Assembly (NCBI GenBank): GCA_963796275.1
Contig: CAWCKY010000006.1
Span: 192,001 to 256,000 of the forward strand
Source: an uncultured Acidobacteriota bacterium
GTDB taxonomy: Bacteria > Acidobacteriota > Blastocatellia > RBC074
Reading direction: 5' to 3'
Length of the DNA: 64,000 nt
Each line of letters begins with the position of its first letter. Within the stretch, counting starts at the first letter, position 1. Positions 33,498-43,914 of the stretch are shown here, one piece after another. Below the pieces are notes generated by a model. It had not been told where the DNA came from and searched no databases. It saw only the letters and a list, made by a program, of their open reading frames with translations. The position numbers were made by a program, and so were the translations under genes.

Positions 33498-34816
33498 TTC
33501 GAAACAGGCAATATGTAATCAAAAGATCAGAGCTCCAGTCCATTGAGGCTTTGCCCGAGGTGATTGGAAAAATGTTAGGCGACAAGGCTCTCCGCTGGTA
33601 CATCGGCCAAGTTACCGATGACGAAATCGTCGTTGAAGCGACGATTTGCGATGAACGGATCGGCCATTTCAGCGAATCGGTGGTCGCTCACCATTATCCG
33701 GGTAAAAGCGTCGTTCTAAGCATTATCCCGACCGGCGTCGGTTGTAATCTCGGCGGCTACGCCGGCGATGCCGCGCCAGCCACCAGCTTGCTGGCCTCGA
33801 CCGCGGACTATTTGATCACGAATCCCAACGCAGTCAATGCTTCGGACTTTATCAAGATGGATGACAATGTCGTCTACACCGAAGGCTTCTCAATCGACCT
33901 ATTTTGTCAGGGGCTCGTTAATCTGTACCGGCCATACTCAAACAGAGTCGGTCTGATCATTGAAAAAACGGTTGCCAGCGGGCTGGACGTCGTTTTCAAC
34001 ATTCTCAACGCGGTGAGAGCGACGCACGGAGTCGATATCCAGGATTACGTGATCACGGACCAGCCAATTGGCGGACGCTGCGTCGAGAACAATGTCGGAG
34101 CGTTTGTCGGAACGATTGATAACCCCGGCGTATTGTTTGAAGCTTGCGAAAAACTGATAGCAAAAGGCGTTGACGCTATTGCTGTCACGAGCAATATTCA
34201 AGACTTGCCCGCGGAAAACTATGCGAAGCATTTCGCCGGCGAGTATCCAAACCCCGTCGGCGGCGTTGAAGCGGTCATCTCACACTTGATTACCAAGCGA
34301 TTTCAGGTACCTGCGGCTCACGGGCCACTGCTGAATATAAAGCAGCTGGACCTGGCGCGTAACATAGTTGACGCCAGGGGAGCCGGCGAGATGGCGTCTC
34401 TAAGCGGCCTGGCTTGCGTGTTGATCGGCCTGAAAAGAGCGCCGCAGATCACGCCTCGGCCGGATAGCCGTGTCGCGGACATAATCAATATCAATAACCT
34501 CCTGGCGATAGTGACACCGGCGGGTTGTCTGGGAAGCATTCCCGTGCTCTCCACGAGGAAATACAAGATACCCGTAATTGCCGTCCGGGAGAATGAAACG
34601 ATCTTGAATATTACTCAGTCAATGGTTCGGTTGAATAACGTTGTCGAGGTAAGCAACTACGCCGAAGCCGCCGGCATCATCCTGGCTTTGAAGAAGGGGA
34701 TAAGTCTCGAAGGCATATCAAGACCTTTACGAACATTGAGACATTCGGTTGGAGCGGAGAGTCAGGATCAGCTGAGCGGGAGGGGGGATGCTTATGAGGA
34801 ACAACTCGTCGCATAG
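33494..34816 (+). CDS. DUF3326-family protein of unknown function
   Basis: IPTGVGCNLGGYAGDA, NPNAVN, GGVEAVISH, CVLIGLKRAP, VIAVREN, NYAEAAG match the family pattern as I recall it; overlaps both neighbours. Confidence 0.8.
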   Translation: MIRNRQYVIKRSELQSIEALPEVIGKMLGDKALRWYIGQVTDDEIVVEATICDERIGHFSESVVAHHYPGKSVVLSIIPTGVGCNLGGYAGDAAPATSLLASTADYLITNPNAVNASDFIKMDDNVVYTEGFSIDLFCQGLVNLYRPYSNRVGLIIEKTVASGLDVVFNILNAVRATHGVDIQDYVITDQPIGGRCVENNVGAFVGTIDNPGVLFEACEKLIAKGVDAIAVTSNIQDLPAENYAKHFAGEYPNPVGGVEAVISHLITKRFQVPAAHGPLLNIKQLDLARNIVDARGAGEMASLSGLACVLIGLKRAPQITPRPDSRVADIININNLLAIVTPAGCLGSIPVLSTRKYKIPVIAVRENETILNITQSMVRLNNVVEVSNYAEAAGIILALKKGISLEGISRPLRTLRHSVGAESQDQLSGRGDAYEEQLVA

Positions 34817-37800
34817 TTTGATCGGACTGATGGCCGACCGGCGTCCCGATCTGTTAATAGGGATGCTTGGAATATTGAAGTCCGGAAGCGGTTTTGCGCC
34901 GATAGATCCGGATTATCCGGACGAACGGATCAATTACATCATTGACGACTGCCGGATCGAGATTCTGGTCACAGAAGAAAAACGCCTGGCCAGGGCGATT
35001 GAAATCTCCAGGAAAAGCCCTACGCTGAAGAATATTATCTGCCTGGATAAGGTGAGGAGGAAGGAGGCTGCCCATCGCGATGAGGTTCAGATTTACGATT
35101 GTAACGATTATGCCGCCAAAGAACGGGCGCCGGAAAAGTGCGACGTAGAGCCTGATCAGTTGGCCTATGTGATCTATACCTCAGGGTCGACCGGCGTTCC
35201 CAAAGGCGTTCCGATCACACATAGAAATCTCAGCCCGTTGTTATGCTGGAGCAAGGAATATTTCAACCTCGGCGAATGCACGAAGGTACTGCAAAATCTC
35301 AACTACTGCTTTGATTTCGGAGTCTTCGAGTTACTAACTACTGTCCTTTTCGGTGGAACATTACATTTCGTGGACAGAGATGAGTTGAGCGATTTTGCGG
35401 AGTATGCCGGCTATATCGATAAACACAGAATCAATACCATCCACTCCACTCCGTCATTTTTTAGAAATCTTCTTACCTTTAGTGACAAGCTGGAGAGTCT
35501 GGAAACGCTCCACCTGGGTGGTGAGCCATTAACCGGGAACATGGTTGATGAGGTATTTAACAAAGTCGGAAGCGGCTGTGTTCTATACAACGGCTATGGT
35601 CCTACTGAAACAACCATCAATTGTTCCATCTTTGAGGTCGGCAATAGGTCAGCCTGGAAGGATAAGGCTTTCGCGAATATCCCGATCGGGAAGCCGTCGG
35701 CCAATAATTTGATCTATATCTTAAACAAGGGATGCGAACCTGCGTTGCCCGGCGCGCCGGCAGAACTTTATGTTGGCGGCGCCGGATTGGCTTACGGTTA
35801 TCTCAATCGAGCTGATCTCACTGCCGAACGCTTCGTCCCCAACCCCTTTAGCAAAGAACCGGGCGCTCACATGTACCGAACCGGGGACCTGGCTCGCTAT
35901 ATGCCCAACGGCGCCATCGAGTTTTTAGGTCGCATCGACGACCAGGTGAAGGTGCGCGGCTTCCGCATTGAACTGGGAGAGATTGAATCGGCGTTGAGTG
36001 GGCATCCCGCCGTTCAAGAAACGGTGGTTATGGCCCTAGGGGGCGTGGACGGCAATAAGCGCCTGGTGGCTTACCTCGTTCCTAAATCGGAGGTTGTGCC
36101 GGCCATCAGCGAGCTGCGTAGTTTTCTACAAGAGAAGCTGCCCGAGTATATGATGCCCTCAGCTTATGTTTTTCTCGGCGCCTTGCCGCTGACGCCCAAC
36201 GGCAAGGTGGATAGGCGAGCTTTGCCGGAACCCGATCAGACTCGACCGGAGTTGGCTAATCACTTGGTCGCCCCACGCGACCGGAAAGAGGAAATCCTGG
36301 CTGAGATTTGGGCAGAGGTCATCGGCGTCGAGCGAGTGGGCGTCTACGATAACTTCTTCGAGTTGGGCGGAGATTCCATGAAAAGCATTCAGGTGGTGGC
36401 CCGCGCCAACCGGGTGGGACTCCACTTCACACCCGCCCAGTTGTTCCAGCATCCCACGATTGCAAAGTTGGTTCAGTCAGCTGGCGCTTCTGAACCAACA
36501 CGGGCGGAACAGGGCATCGTCACGGGGCCGGTTCCGCTGACGCCGATTCAGCGCTCCTTCTTTGAACGGCAATTGGTGGATCCGCATCACTGGAATTGGT
36601 CCTTCCTGCGCGAAACGCCGCAACCTTTGAATCCCGCGCTGCTGGAACAGGCCATCAAGCATTTGCTCGGCCATCATGACGCATTGCGCTTGCGGTTCTA
36701 TCACTCAGAGTCAGGCTGGCGGCAATTCAACCACGGTTTAGATGAAAGCGCGCCTTTAACATTCATTGATCTGTCGCAGTTTGGACGTGAAGAACAGGTC
36801 GCGGCCCTGGAATCCACTGCCGCCGCGCTGCAGGGCAGTTTGAACCTTTCGGAAGGGCCATTGATGCGTGTGGCCTACTTCATGATGGGCGGAAAGCAGA
36901 CTGATCGCGCGTTGCTGATCTTCCACCATCTGGCGGTTGATGTGGTTTCAGCCCACATCCTGATGGAAGACTTCCAGACGATCTATCGGCAACTCAGTCT
37001 CGGTGAAGCGGTCGAACTCCCGCCCAAGACGACCTCTTTCCGCCAATGGTCGTTGCGGTTGGCCGAGCATGCGCAATCGAGTGAGTTGAAACAGGAGTTG
37101 AGTTACTGGATGGAAAGTTTGAGCGGCGAAAGACCGTCTTTACCACTCGATTACCCGACGGGCGTTAACAGCGAGGCTTCGTCCGCAGCGGTTTTGACCG
37201 CGTTCAGCGTGGATGAGACGCGGACGCTGTTGCAGGAGCTGCCGGCGGCTACCGGCGCACGGATGCAGGATTTCTTGCTGACGGCGCTCACCCGGTCGTG
37301 GGCGCGGTGGACGGGGCAGCAGCGGCTGCTCGTTGATGTAGACGGGCACGGGCGCGAATACATACTGGATGACGTGGACCTCTCGCGGACAGTGGGCTGG
37401 TTTACGAGCGTCTATCCAATGTTGTTGGACATTGGTGACGCGGCTGAGCCGGGCGAGGCGCTGCGTATTATTCAAGCGCAAATGCGGCGCGTTGCGAATC
37501 GGGGAATCGGCTTTGGTCTGTTGCGCTATCTCTGCGATGACGAGGAAGTGAGAAGGCGAATGAGCGCGGCGCCGCGAGCCGAAGTGAATTTCAATTTTCA
37601 GGGACAGCTTGATCAGCTTGATCAGCAGGGGGCCAATCGCAATGGTATGTCATTCCGGCAGGCGCGGGAAAACAAGGGACCGGAGCGGAGCTTGAGAGGG
37701 CAGAGGAGTTATCGGCTCTATGCAGTGGGGAATGTGCGTGGCGGGGTGTTGAGTATGCGCTGGAGCTACAGCGCGAACCTGCACAAGCGGAGCACGATCG

Positions 37801-37859
37801 AACGCCTGGCCGCGAGTTTCGCTAAGGAATTGCGGCGTCTGATCGCACACTGTCTCTAG
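34788..37859 (+). CDS. NRPS: remainder of split A domain - PCP - terminal (degenerate) E domain
   Basis: Starts just before A2 (GILKSGSGFAPIDPDYP); code DFFHHGGINK; GGDSMKSIQ; HHLAVDVVS, DGHGRE, RTVGWFT, FNFQGQ; SD gggaggggg before ATG. Confidence 0.9.
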   Translation: MLMRNNSSHSLIGLMADRRPDLLIGMLGILKSGSGFAPIDPDYPDERINYIIDDCRIEILVTEEKRLARAIEISRKSPTLKNIICLDKVRRKEAAHRDEVQIYDCNDYAAKERAPEKCDVEPDQLAYVIYTSGSTGVPKGVPITHRNLSPLLCWSKEYFNLGECTKVLQNLNYCFDFGVFELLTTVLFGGTLHFVDRDELSDFAEYAGYIDKHRINTIHSTPSFFRNLLTFSDKLESLETLHLGGEPLTGNMVDEVFNKVGSGCVLYNGYGPTETTINCSIFEVGNRSAWKDKAFANIPIGKPSANNLIYILNKGCEPALPGAPAELYVGGAGLAYGYLNRADLTAERFVPNPFSKEPGAHMYRTGDLARYMPNGAIEFLGRIDDQVKVRGFRIELGEIESALSGHPAVQETVVMALGGVDGNKRLVAYLVPKSEVVPAISELRSFLQEKLPEYMMPSAYVFLGALPLTPNGKVDRRALPEPDQTRPELANHLVAPRDRKEEILAEIWAEVIGVERVGVYDNFFELGGDSMKSIQVVARANRVGLHFTPAQLFQHPTIAKLVQSAGASEPTRAEQGIVTGPVPLTPIQRSFFERQLVDPHHWNWSFLRETPQPLNPALLEQAIKHLLGHHDALRLRFYHSESGWRQFNHGLDESAPLTFIDLSQFGREEQVAALESTAAALQGSLNLSEGPLMRVAYFMMGGKQTDRALLIFHHLAVDVVSAHILMEDFQTIYRQLSLGEAVELPPKTTSFRQWSLRLAEHAQSSELKQELSYWMESLSGERPSLPLDYPTGVNSEASSAAVLTAFSVDETRTLLQELPAATGARMQDFLLTALTRSWARWTGQQRLLVDVDGHGREYILDDVDLSRTVGWFTSVYPMLLDIGDAAEPGEALRIIQAQMRRVANRGIGFGLLRYLCDDEEVRRRMSAAPRAEVNFNFQGQLDQLDQQGANRNGMSFRQARENKGPERSLRGQRSYRLYAVGNVRGGVLSMRWSYSANLHKRSTIERLAASFAKELRRLIAHCL

Positions 37860-37940
37860 CCAGCAGCTAAATCAAATCTCGTATGCTCCGATTTAGCATA
37901 CGCAAGACGGCCGATCACGGTGGAAGGGTAGTCTGAGGAT

Positions 37941-39293
37941 ATGGAGCAAATTAAACAGAAGACTGTAATAGTAAATTTGATCGCAAGTATGACCGCCTTT
38001 GAACCGGTTGCAGCGCCGGCGAGAGAGAAGACCGCGCCGGCGCGTCCTGACAAGCTGCTGAATCGAAATTTCGTTTTACTCTGGATGGGGCAGGCCGTCA
38101 GTCAATTGGGCTCGCAGGTCTATGTGATAGCGATGATGTTCTGGATCAAACACGCCACCGACTCCGCCAGTTTGATCGGGTCAATGATGATGCTCTCCAG
38201 CATTCCGAATGTGATTCTCAGCGGGATCGGCGGCGCATTCGCCGACCGCCATTCTCGCCGCAAAATCATCGTTTGCAGCGATCTGTTGAGAAGCGGTCTC
38301 GTTCTCTCAATGGCGGGACTGCTCTATCTGGCGCCTAACGCCACGGATACCATCATTGTCTGGTTCATGGGAGTGACGTTTTGCATGTCCGCCACGGCGG
38401 CGTTTTTTACTCCGGCGATGTCGGCCGCGATTCCCGACCTGACGCCGCAGAGCGCAATTGGAAAGGCGAACTCATTACGCCAAACCACCGCGCAGTTGGC
38501 CATATTTATCGGGCAAGGGTTGGGCGGGATGCTTTTTCGCCTTTTGGGGGCGCCGTTGCTCGTTTTGGTCAACGGCTTGAGCTTTCTGTTTGCCGCCGTC
38601 AGCGAATCCTTCATCAGAATTCCCCAGAAGATCCCGGAAAGGAGCGGCGGGCGAAAAGAGCGATTCGCCGCCTTCAAGAAGGAGATTGCGGAAGGATTGC
38701 GTTACGTATGGAAAGGGCCGGGGCTGAGACGGCTCTTTTTCTTTTCGGCTATCTTCAACTTTTTCACCATGCCGGTCGTCGTGCTTCTACCTTTTTACGT
38801 GGAGGATTTTCTAAAGCTACGAGTTGATTGGTATGGCTATTTGATCGCGACCTTCGGAGTTGGCGTACTGACGGGGGCATTATCCACCGGCTTCGTCAAG
38901 CTGAGGGGGAAAGTTCGCGGGAGATTGATGATCTGGTTTGCGATCTTCAACTCTCTGATCGTCGGGGCACTCGGTTTTGTTCCCGACGTGAAGGTCGCGC
39001 TTATTCTCGCGTTTCTGATGGGTGCGCTCGGTTCGTTCAACGGGATCAACATTGCGACGATCCTGCAATTGAGTACGCCGAGCGAGATTCGCGGGCGCGC
39101 ATTCGGATTGCTGCACACACTTTCGGGCAGTCTCGCACCGATCGGCATGGGGCTGGGTGGCTTCATGTACGACCTGGTAAATCAAGATATCACGCTCATC
39201 TATGCGGGATGCGGCGTGGTCATGGTTTTGTTATCACTCTTGGTCTCAATGAGCCGCGAATTCCGGGAATTTCTGGCTTACGAGCCGCAATAG
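37941..39293 (+). CDS. MFS efflux transporter (DHA3/EntS-like)
   Basis: [40 protein letters not shown]; about 12 TM segments; true start may be slightly downstream. Confidence 0.88.
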   Translation: MEQIKQKTVIVNLIASMTAFEPVAAPAREKTAPARPDKLLNRNFVLLWMGQAVSQLGSQVYVIAMMFWIKHATDSASLIGSMMMLSSIPNVILSGIGGAFADRHSRRKIIVCSDLLRSGLVLSMAGLLYLAPNATDTIIVWFMGVTFCMSATAAFFTPAMSAAIPDLTPQSAIGKANSLRQTTAQLAIFIGQGLGGMLFRLLGAPLLVLVNGLSFLFAAVSESFIRIPQKIPERSGGRKERFAAFKKEIAEGLRYVWKGPGLRRLFFFSAIFNFFTMPVVVLLPFYVEDFLKLRVDWYGYLIATFGVGVLTGALSTGFVKLRGKVRGRLMIWFAIFNSLIVGALGFVPDVKVALILAFLMGALGSFNGINIATILQLSTPSEIRGRAFGLLHTLSGSLAPIGMGLGGFMYDLVNQDITLIYAGCGVVMVLLSLLVSMSREFREFLAYEPQ

Positions 39294-39304
39294 AAGGAGG
39301 AAAA

Positions 39305-39892
39305 ATGAATAGAGAAGAGAAAGAAGATACGACAGTCTACAAGGTGGTTTTGAACCACGAGGAGCAGTATTCGATCTGGCCTGAATACAAGGAGAACCCG
39401 CTGGGTTGGAAGGATATCGGGAAGGCAGGACCGAAAGCCGAATGTCTGGCCTACATCAAGGAGGTATGGACGGATATGAGACCGCTCAGTCTCAGGCGAA
39501 AGATGGAAGAGTTGGCTAGAAATCCTCTTCCTCCGCTTCCGCCACCAGATCCTGACAGGCCGCGCGAGAAGAGCCTCGTGCAGAGGCTCAGCGAGGGCGA
39601 TCATCCCGTCGAAGTCAGCCTACGCCCTGAAAAGACGGCAAAGCTCTTCAAAGAGGCAGTCGACCGCGGCTACGTGCATATAAAGTTTACTGACACCCGG
39701 GGAGGCACGGAATTGGGCGTCAGACTCGATCGGGAGGCGACTGATCTGGGCAACGCTGACTTCGAGGGACAGACTGGCAGGGTTCGCCTGGCTGGAGGTT
39801 TGACGCTCGACTACGTAAAGGTTCGCCTCATCGCTGAAATAGACCTGAATACGCTGACAGGCAAAGGTCATCTCGATCCTGTAGTAGCCTAA
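39305..39892 (+). CDS. MbtH-like protein with a C-terminal extra domain
   Basis: [35 protein letters not shown]; SD aaggagg before ATG 39305; proline linker then ~110-aa extension. Confidence 0.92.
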   Translation: MNREEKEDTTVYKVVLNHEEQYSIWPEYKENPLGWKDIGKAGPKAECLAYIKEVWTDMRPLSLRRKMEELARNPLPPLPPPDPDRPREKSLVQRLSEGDHPVEVSLRPEKTAKLFKEAVDRGYVHIKFTDTRGGTELGVRLDREATDLGNADFEGQTGRVRLAGGLTLDYVKVRLIAEIDLNTLTGKGHLDPVVA

Positions 39893-39994
39893 GCTAAGAG
39901 CAGGTTTAAAAGTTCCTTGAAGCCCTGAAAGGGCAGTATGTAATGCCCAGAGGTAGAGCGACAGGTGAGCCCTGGTAACTGGTAAGTGAATCGA

Positions 39995-40076
39995 TCAGTA
40001 CCGCGAGCGGTAGCGAGCGTCGTACCCGAACCAGTTGATTGATTGAGACTCGCTCGCTACCGCTCGCGGTACTGAT
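39995..40076. repeat. REP-like hairpin, empty form of element A (opposite orientation)
   Basis: tcagtaccgcgagcggtagcgagcg ... cgctcgctaccgctcgcggtactga; loop reverse-complements to the sequences flanking the insert in element A. Confidence 0.85.
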
Positions 40077-40233
40077 TCGTCGATAATCAAAATAACTTGG
40101 ACTTAGTACATCGCGTACGAAATTCATCTAAATATTTTTTGCTCCAGCATTTTCCTGTTAAAGAGCAGGCCAATAGGAAGATGCCGGAGTATTTGTTGAC
40201 GGACTATCAATGATTTTTTGGGAGGAATAAACC

Positions 40234-40548
40234 ATGAGCAAAATGGGAAGGTACTGCAAAGCTTATCCGATCAATCGTTTTCGTGAATACCAGAGATGGG
40301 CTGAAAAGACTGAAAATTTCCGGATAGAGATAGAGGCGCCGGGCGACAGTCGGGAACCTGAGAAAAGTCATTTATATCTTCAGGAGAACTACTTTGTAAC
40401 GGACGGAATCTTCATTGATGAGAACGTCATCTTTGACGATGTTACTCCTGGGTGGATGGATTTTTGCAAAAACACTCTGCAATTCGATGTTCCTGTCTAT
40501 GAGCCCGTTACGATGAAGCAGGAAGAAGCTGAGCAGTCGGCTTCCTGA
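40234..40548 (+). CDS. Small hypothetical protein within the NRPS cluster
   Basis: Strong SD ggagg; protein-like sequence GRYCKAY...YLQENYFVTDGIFIDENVIFD. Confidence 0.75.
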   Translation: MSKMGRYCKAYPINRFREYQRWAEKTENFRIEIEAPGDSREPEKSHLYLQENYFVTDGIFIDENVIFDDVTPGWMDFCKNTLQFDVPVYEPVTMKQEEAEQSAS

Positions 40549-40762
40549 TAGGGCGGGTGATGAATAACGGGGTTATGAAGTCCCGGCCGACTCCCGGGCG
40601 TCAGGATGAGGGAACCGCTCTCCAAGTGGATTCCACCGCTCGTCGAAAGCCGTACCGCAAAACCTGGAGAGCATCGTTAGACGAAGTTGCGTGTTCATGG
40701 TCCTCAAGGCACGTTTCTGTACGCCTCATTCCATCAATTATTTTTAGGAGGAAAATACACTT

Positions 40763-42238
40763 ATGGTCATGTCTAGGAAAAAAAAGATCATTGCTTCGAT
40801 CGTCATAGCGGTGCCCCTCTTGCTGACTGGGGTAATTGTCGCCGGGGTCTTCTCGAGCCGTAATAATCAGGTCGAGGTTCAGACCGCCAAAATCGAACGG
40901 CGCGCCGTTCTCGAATCGAAGGTGACGGCGAATGGCGAGGTTCGACCGATTCGATACTTTGAACTCACAGCCGAAGTGCCCGGCCGCGTCACCGAGGTCT
41001 TCGTCAGAGAAGGGGAGAAGGTGAAGAAGGGTTCCCCGCTCCTTCGCGTTGACCCGACGCAGCTGGCAACATCGACATCATTTCAGGAAGCCGCGCTGCG
41101 CGCATCACAGGCTGAAAGCCAGACTCAGACGGCAGCTCTTGACGCGTCTGAGAATGCGGTCAATACCGCGCGCGCGCAACTCAACACATCGAAGGCGGAT
41201 TTCGATAAGTCGGCTGTCGAAAAAAACAATGCGGAGATCGAGCTCAAACGCGCCGCTGAACTGCTCGAAGGCGGAATCCAGTCGCGGTCGTTTTATGATA
41301 CCGCCAAAATGAGATTTGATGCGGCTTGCGCCTCAGTCGATGCGGCGAAAGCCCGGGTAAAGCAGTCGGAGGTCCAGGTGCGAGATGCGGAGATTCGCAT
41401 CAAACAGGCAAGCGCCACACTCAATTCGTCGAAGGCACGCGTCGCGCAGCAGCAGGCAAGCCTCGACCAGGCGGCCGACCAGCTCAGAAGGACAACGCAG
41501 TATGCCCCGATCGACGGGATCGTGGCCGGCCCCATCGTCAAGGAAGGCACATTCGCCCTCGCAAACTTTATGTCAACGCCTTTACTGCTAATCGCCGATA
41601 TGTCTGTCATCAACATCGAGGTCCGCGTCGATGAGACCGACATCGCGAACGTCGCGCTCGGCCAGAAGGCCAAGGTTAAAGTCGATGCCCTGGGAGACAG
41701 AGAGATCGAAGGCGAGATAGTTGAGCGGGCTGCCTGGGCACAGAATCGTTCGGGACAGACGACGGCTCTGACTGCCGCCGCAGCGAATCAGGAGGCGAAG
41801 GACTTTAAAGTCGTTATTCGGCTCACTAATTTGACCACCGATGAAGTACGTAGTCGCCTGAAACCGGGTATGTCAGCCACCGCAGTGATTACGACCGACC
41901 GGCGCGAGAATGCCATCGCCGTTCCGCTTCAGGCGCTGGTAGAACGCGACTCGCAACAGGTCGGACAGGGCGGGGGAAAACCCACCGGTCAAACCCAAAA
42001 TCCGAAGGACAAGAAGCCGGTCAAGGGCATCTTCACCATCCAAAATGACAAGTCGGTATTTGTCCCGGTCGAGACGGGGATCACCGGGGAGAACGACATA
42101 GAGATCAAGAGCGGACTGAAAGAAGGACAGGAGATCGTCACCGGCCCCTATCGCCAGCTACGCACACTGAAGAACGATCAGCAGATCAAGCGGGAAGATA
42201 AGAGCAAAAAACCAGCCGGCGAAGAAAGTAAAGCATAA
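40763..42238 (+). CDS. Periplasmic adaptor / membrane fusion protein (MacA/HlyD-like)
   Basis: N-terminal [22 protein letters not shown] lipoyl half, long coiled coil, [19 protein letters not shown]. Confidence 0.92.
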   Translation: MVMSRKKKIIASIVIAVPLLLTGVIVAGVFSSRNNQVEVQTAKIERRAVLESKVTANGEVRPIRYFELTAEVPGRVTEVFVREGEKVKKGSPLLRVDPTQLATSTSFQEAALRASQAESQTQTAALDASENAVNTARAQLNTSKADFDKSAVEKNNAEIELKRAAELLEGGIQSRSFYDTAKMRFDAACASVDAAKARVKQSEVQVRDAEIRIKQASATLNSSKARVAQQQASLDQAADQLRRTTQYAPIDGIVAGPIVKEGTFALANFMSTPLLLIADMSVINIEVRVDETDIANVALGQKAKVKVDALGDREIEGEIVERAAWAQNRSGQTTALTAAAANQEAKDFKVVIRLTNLTTDEVRSRLKPGMSATAVITTDRRENAIAVPLQALVERDSQQVGQGGGKPTGQTQNPKDKKPVKGIFTIQNDKSVFVPVETGITGENDIEIKSGLKEGQEIVTGPYRQLRTLKNDQQIKREDKSKKPAGEESKA

Positions 42239-42291
42239 TTCAGTAATCTCAGAGCTGCACACTATCAGCTATAAACCAGAGGTCCCTTCAA

Positions 42292-43080
42292 ATGTTGGTA
42301 GGCACAATACAAGAGCAGTCTAGAATTTCCGTGGTGCGAAGCAGGATGCAGGATGCGATGATTCGCGCACAAGATTTATGGAAGACGTATGTCATGGGAG
42401 GAGAGGAGATTCACGCGCTGCGCGGAGTCACATTTGAGATTAAGCGCAACGAATATGTCGCCATCATCGGCCCATCGGGCTCGGGCAAATCGACGCTGAT
42501 GAACTTGATCGGTTGTCTCGATACGCCGAGCAAAGGAGAATATTGGCTCAACGGCAAACTGGTCTCGCAGATGGATGACGACGAACTGGCGCACATCCGC
42601 AACAAGGAGATCGGGTTCGTCTTCCAGACATTCAATCTGCTGCCGCGCGCGACCGCATTGCACAACGTCGAATTACCGATGATTTACAATGGCACGCCGG
42701 CGGCCAAAAGAATAGAGATGGCTAAGAGGGCGCTCGAATCGGTCGACCTCGGCCAGCGCATGAACCACAAACCGAACGAACTCTCCGGAGGTCAACGCCA
42801 ACGCGTAGCCATCGCGCGGGCGCTCGTCAATAACCCGTCGATCATCCTGGCCGATGAACCAACGGGAAACCTCGATTCGAAGACATCGGAAGAGATCATG
42901 CAGCTCCTCGATGTGCTCCATAAACGCGGAAACACGATCATCCTCGTCACACACGAGCACGATATCGCCGCTCATGCTCATCGTGTCATTTCGATCCTCG
43001 ACGGGCGGATATCAAAAGATGAGCAAATCGGATGCCTGAGTTCACCTCGCTTATCGGAGTCTATTGAACGAAGAATGTGA
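42292..43080 (+). CDS. ABC transporter ATP-binding protein (MacB/LolD type)
   Basis: [38 protein letters not shown]; true start may be 42346 or 42358. Confidence 0.95.
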   Translation: MLVGTIQEQSRISVVRSRMQDAMIRAQDLWKTYVMGGEEIHALRGVTFEIKRNEYVAIIGPSGSGKSTLMNLIGCLDTPSKGEYWLNGKLVSQMDDDELAHIRNKEIGFVFQTFNLLPRATALHNVELPMIYNGTPAAKRIEMAKRALESVDLGQRMNHKPNELSGGQRQRVAIARALVNNPSIILADEPTGNLDSKTSEEIMQLLDVLHKRGNTIILVTHEHDIAAHAHRVISILDGRISKDEQIGCLSSPRLSESIERRM

Positions 43081-43131
43081 CATGGCTCCGGCGGGCGGCG
43101 TTTCCATCAATGTTAGTCAGAGGAAAGAGAT

Positions 43132-43914
43132 ATGAGCGACAAGTCGTCAAACAAATGGGTTCTTTTCCCGAGGCCGAATCCGGCTGCTACGCTTCGTTTG
43201 TTCTGTTTTCACTATGCTGGCGGGAGTGCGCAGGCCTTTCATGATTGGCCCGGGCGTCTACCGCCGAGCGTGGAGGTGGGAGCGATTCAACTGCCGGGAC
43301 GCGGCAACAGACTCAGCGAACCTCATATCAGACGGCTGGCGCCGCTCAGCCGCATTGTTGCGCAAGAGCTACTGCCGTACCTGGACAAGCCCTTTGTTTT
43401 TTTCGGGCACAGCCTGGGAGCGTTGTTGTGTTTTGAAACGGCGCGCACCCTGCGACGCGAGAATCAGCATCAACCGGCCCATCTGTTCGTCTCGGCTACT
43501 GGGGCGCCTCATCGCCGAGGTCCGGACGAATGGATTTCCGGCTTGCCGAAGAGCTCGTTGGTCAGAAAACTTCGTGAGTTCAACGGTGCCCCTGTGGAAG
43601 CGCTGCAAAACGACGAACTGATGGATTTAATGTTGCCGACGATACGCGCGGATTTCGAACTTTGCGAGACCTATGAGTATCATCCGGAATTCCCGCTGGA
43701 ATGCCCGATGACAATCTATGGCGGGCTGGATGATCACGAAGTCGAAGCGGAGCGGTTGGTGGCCTGGAGCGATATGACCGTGGGACCTTGTGAGGTCCGA
43801 ATGTTTCCCGGCAGTCATTTTTACCTCAACAGTTCGCGGGCGAACTTTTTGCAAACCTTCGCGAGCGATTTGCTGCGATTGCGCCTGCAAATTGACCCGA
43901 GAGCACTTCGATGA
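43132..43914 (+). CDS. Type II thioesterase (GrsT/RifR-like)
   Basis: LFCFHYAGGSA, QLPGRG, GHSLG, LPTIRADF, FPGSHFYL. Confidence 0.93.
   Translation: MSDKSSNKWVLFPRPNPAATLRLFCFHYAGGSAQAFHDWPGRLPPSVEVGAIQLPGRGNRLSEPHIRRLAPLSRIVAQELLPYLDKPFVFFGHSLGALLCFETARTLRRENQHQPAHLFVSATGAPHRRGPDEWISGLPKSSLVRKLREFNGAPVEALQNDELMDLMLPTIRADFELCETYEYHPEFPLECPMTIYGGLDDHEVEAERLVAWSDMTVGPCEVRMFPGSHFYLNSSRANFLQTFASDLLRLRLQIDPRALR

Noticed and set aside
33494-34816. DUF3326 insert as an IS, intron or intein
   Set aside because: No transposase, RT or homing-endonuclease motifs, no TIR/TSD, not in frame with its flanks and no intein terminal residues
38828-39304. Long N-terminal extension of MbtH in the ORF track
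   Set aside because: Overlaps the MFS gene in another frame; the SD and MbtH homology begin at 39305
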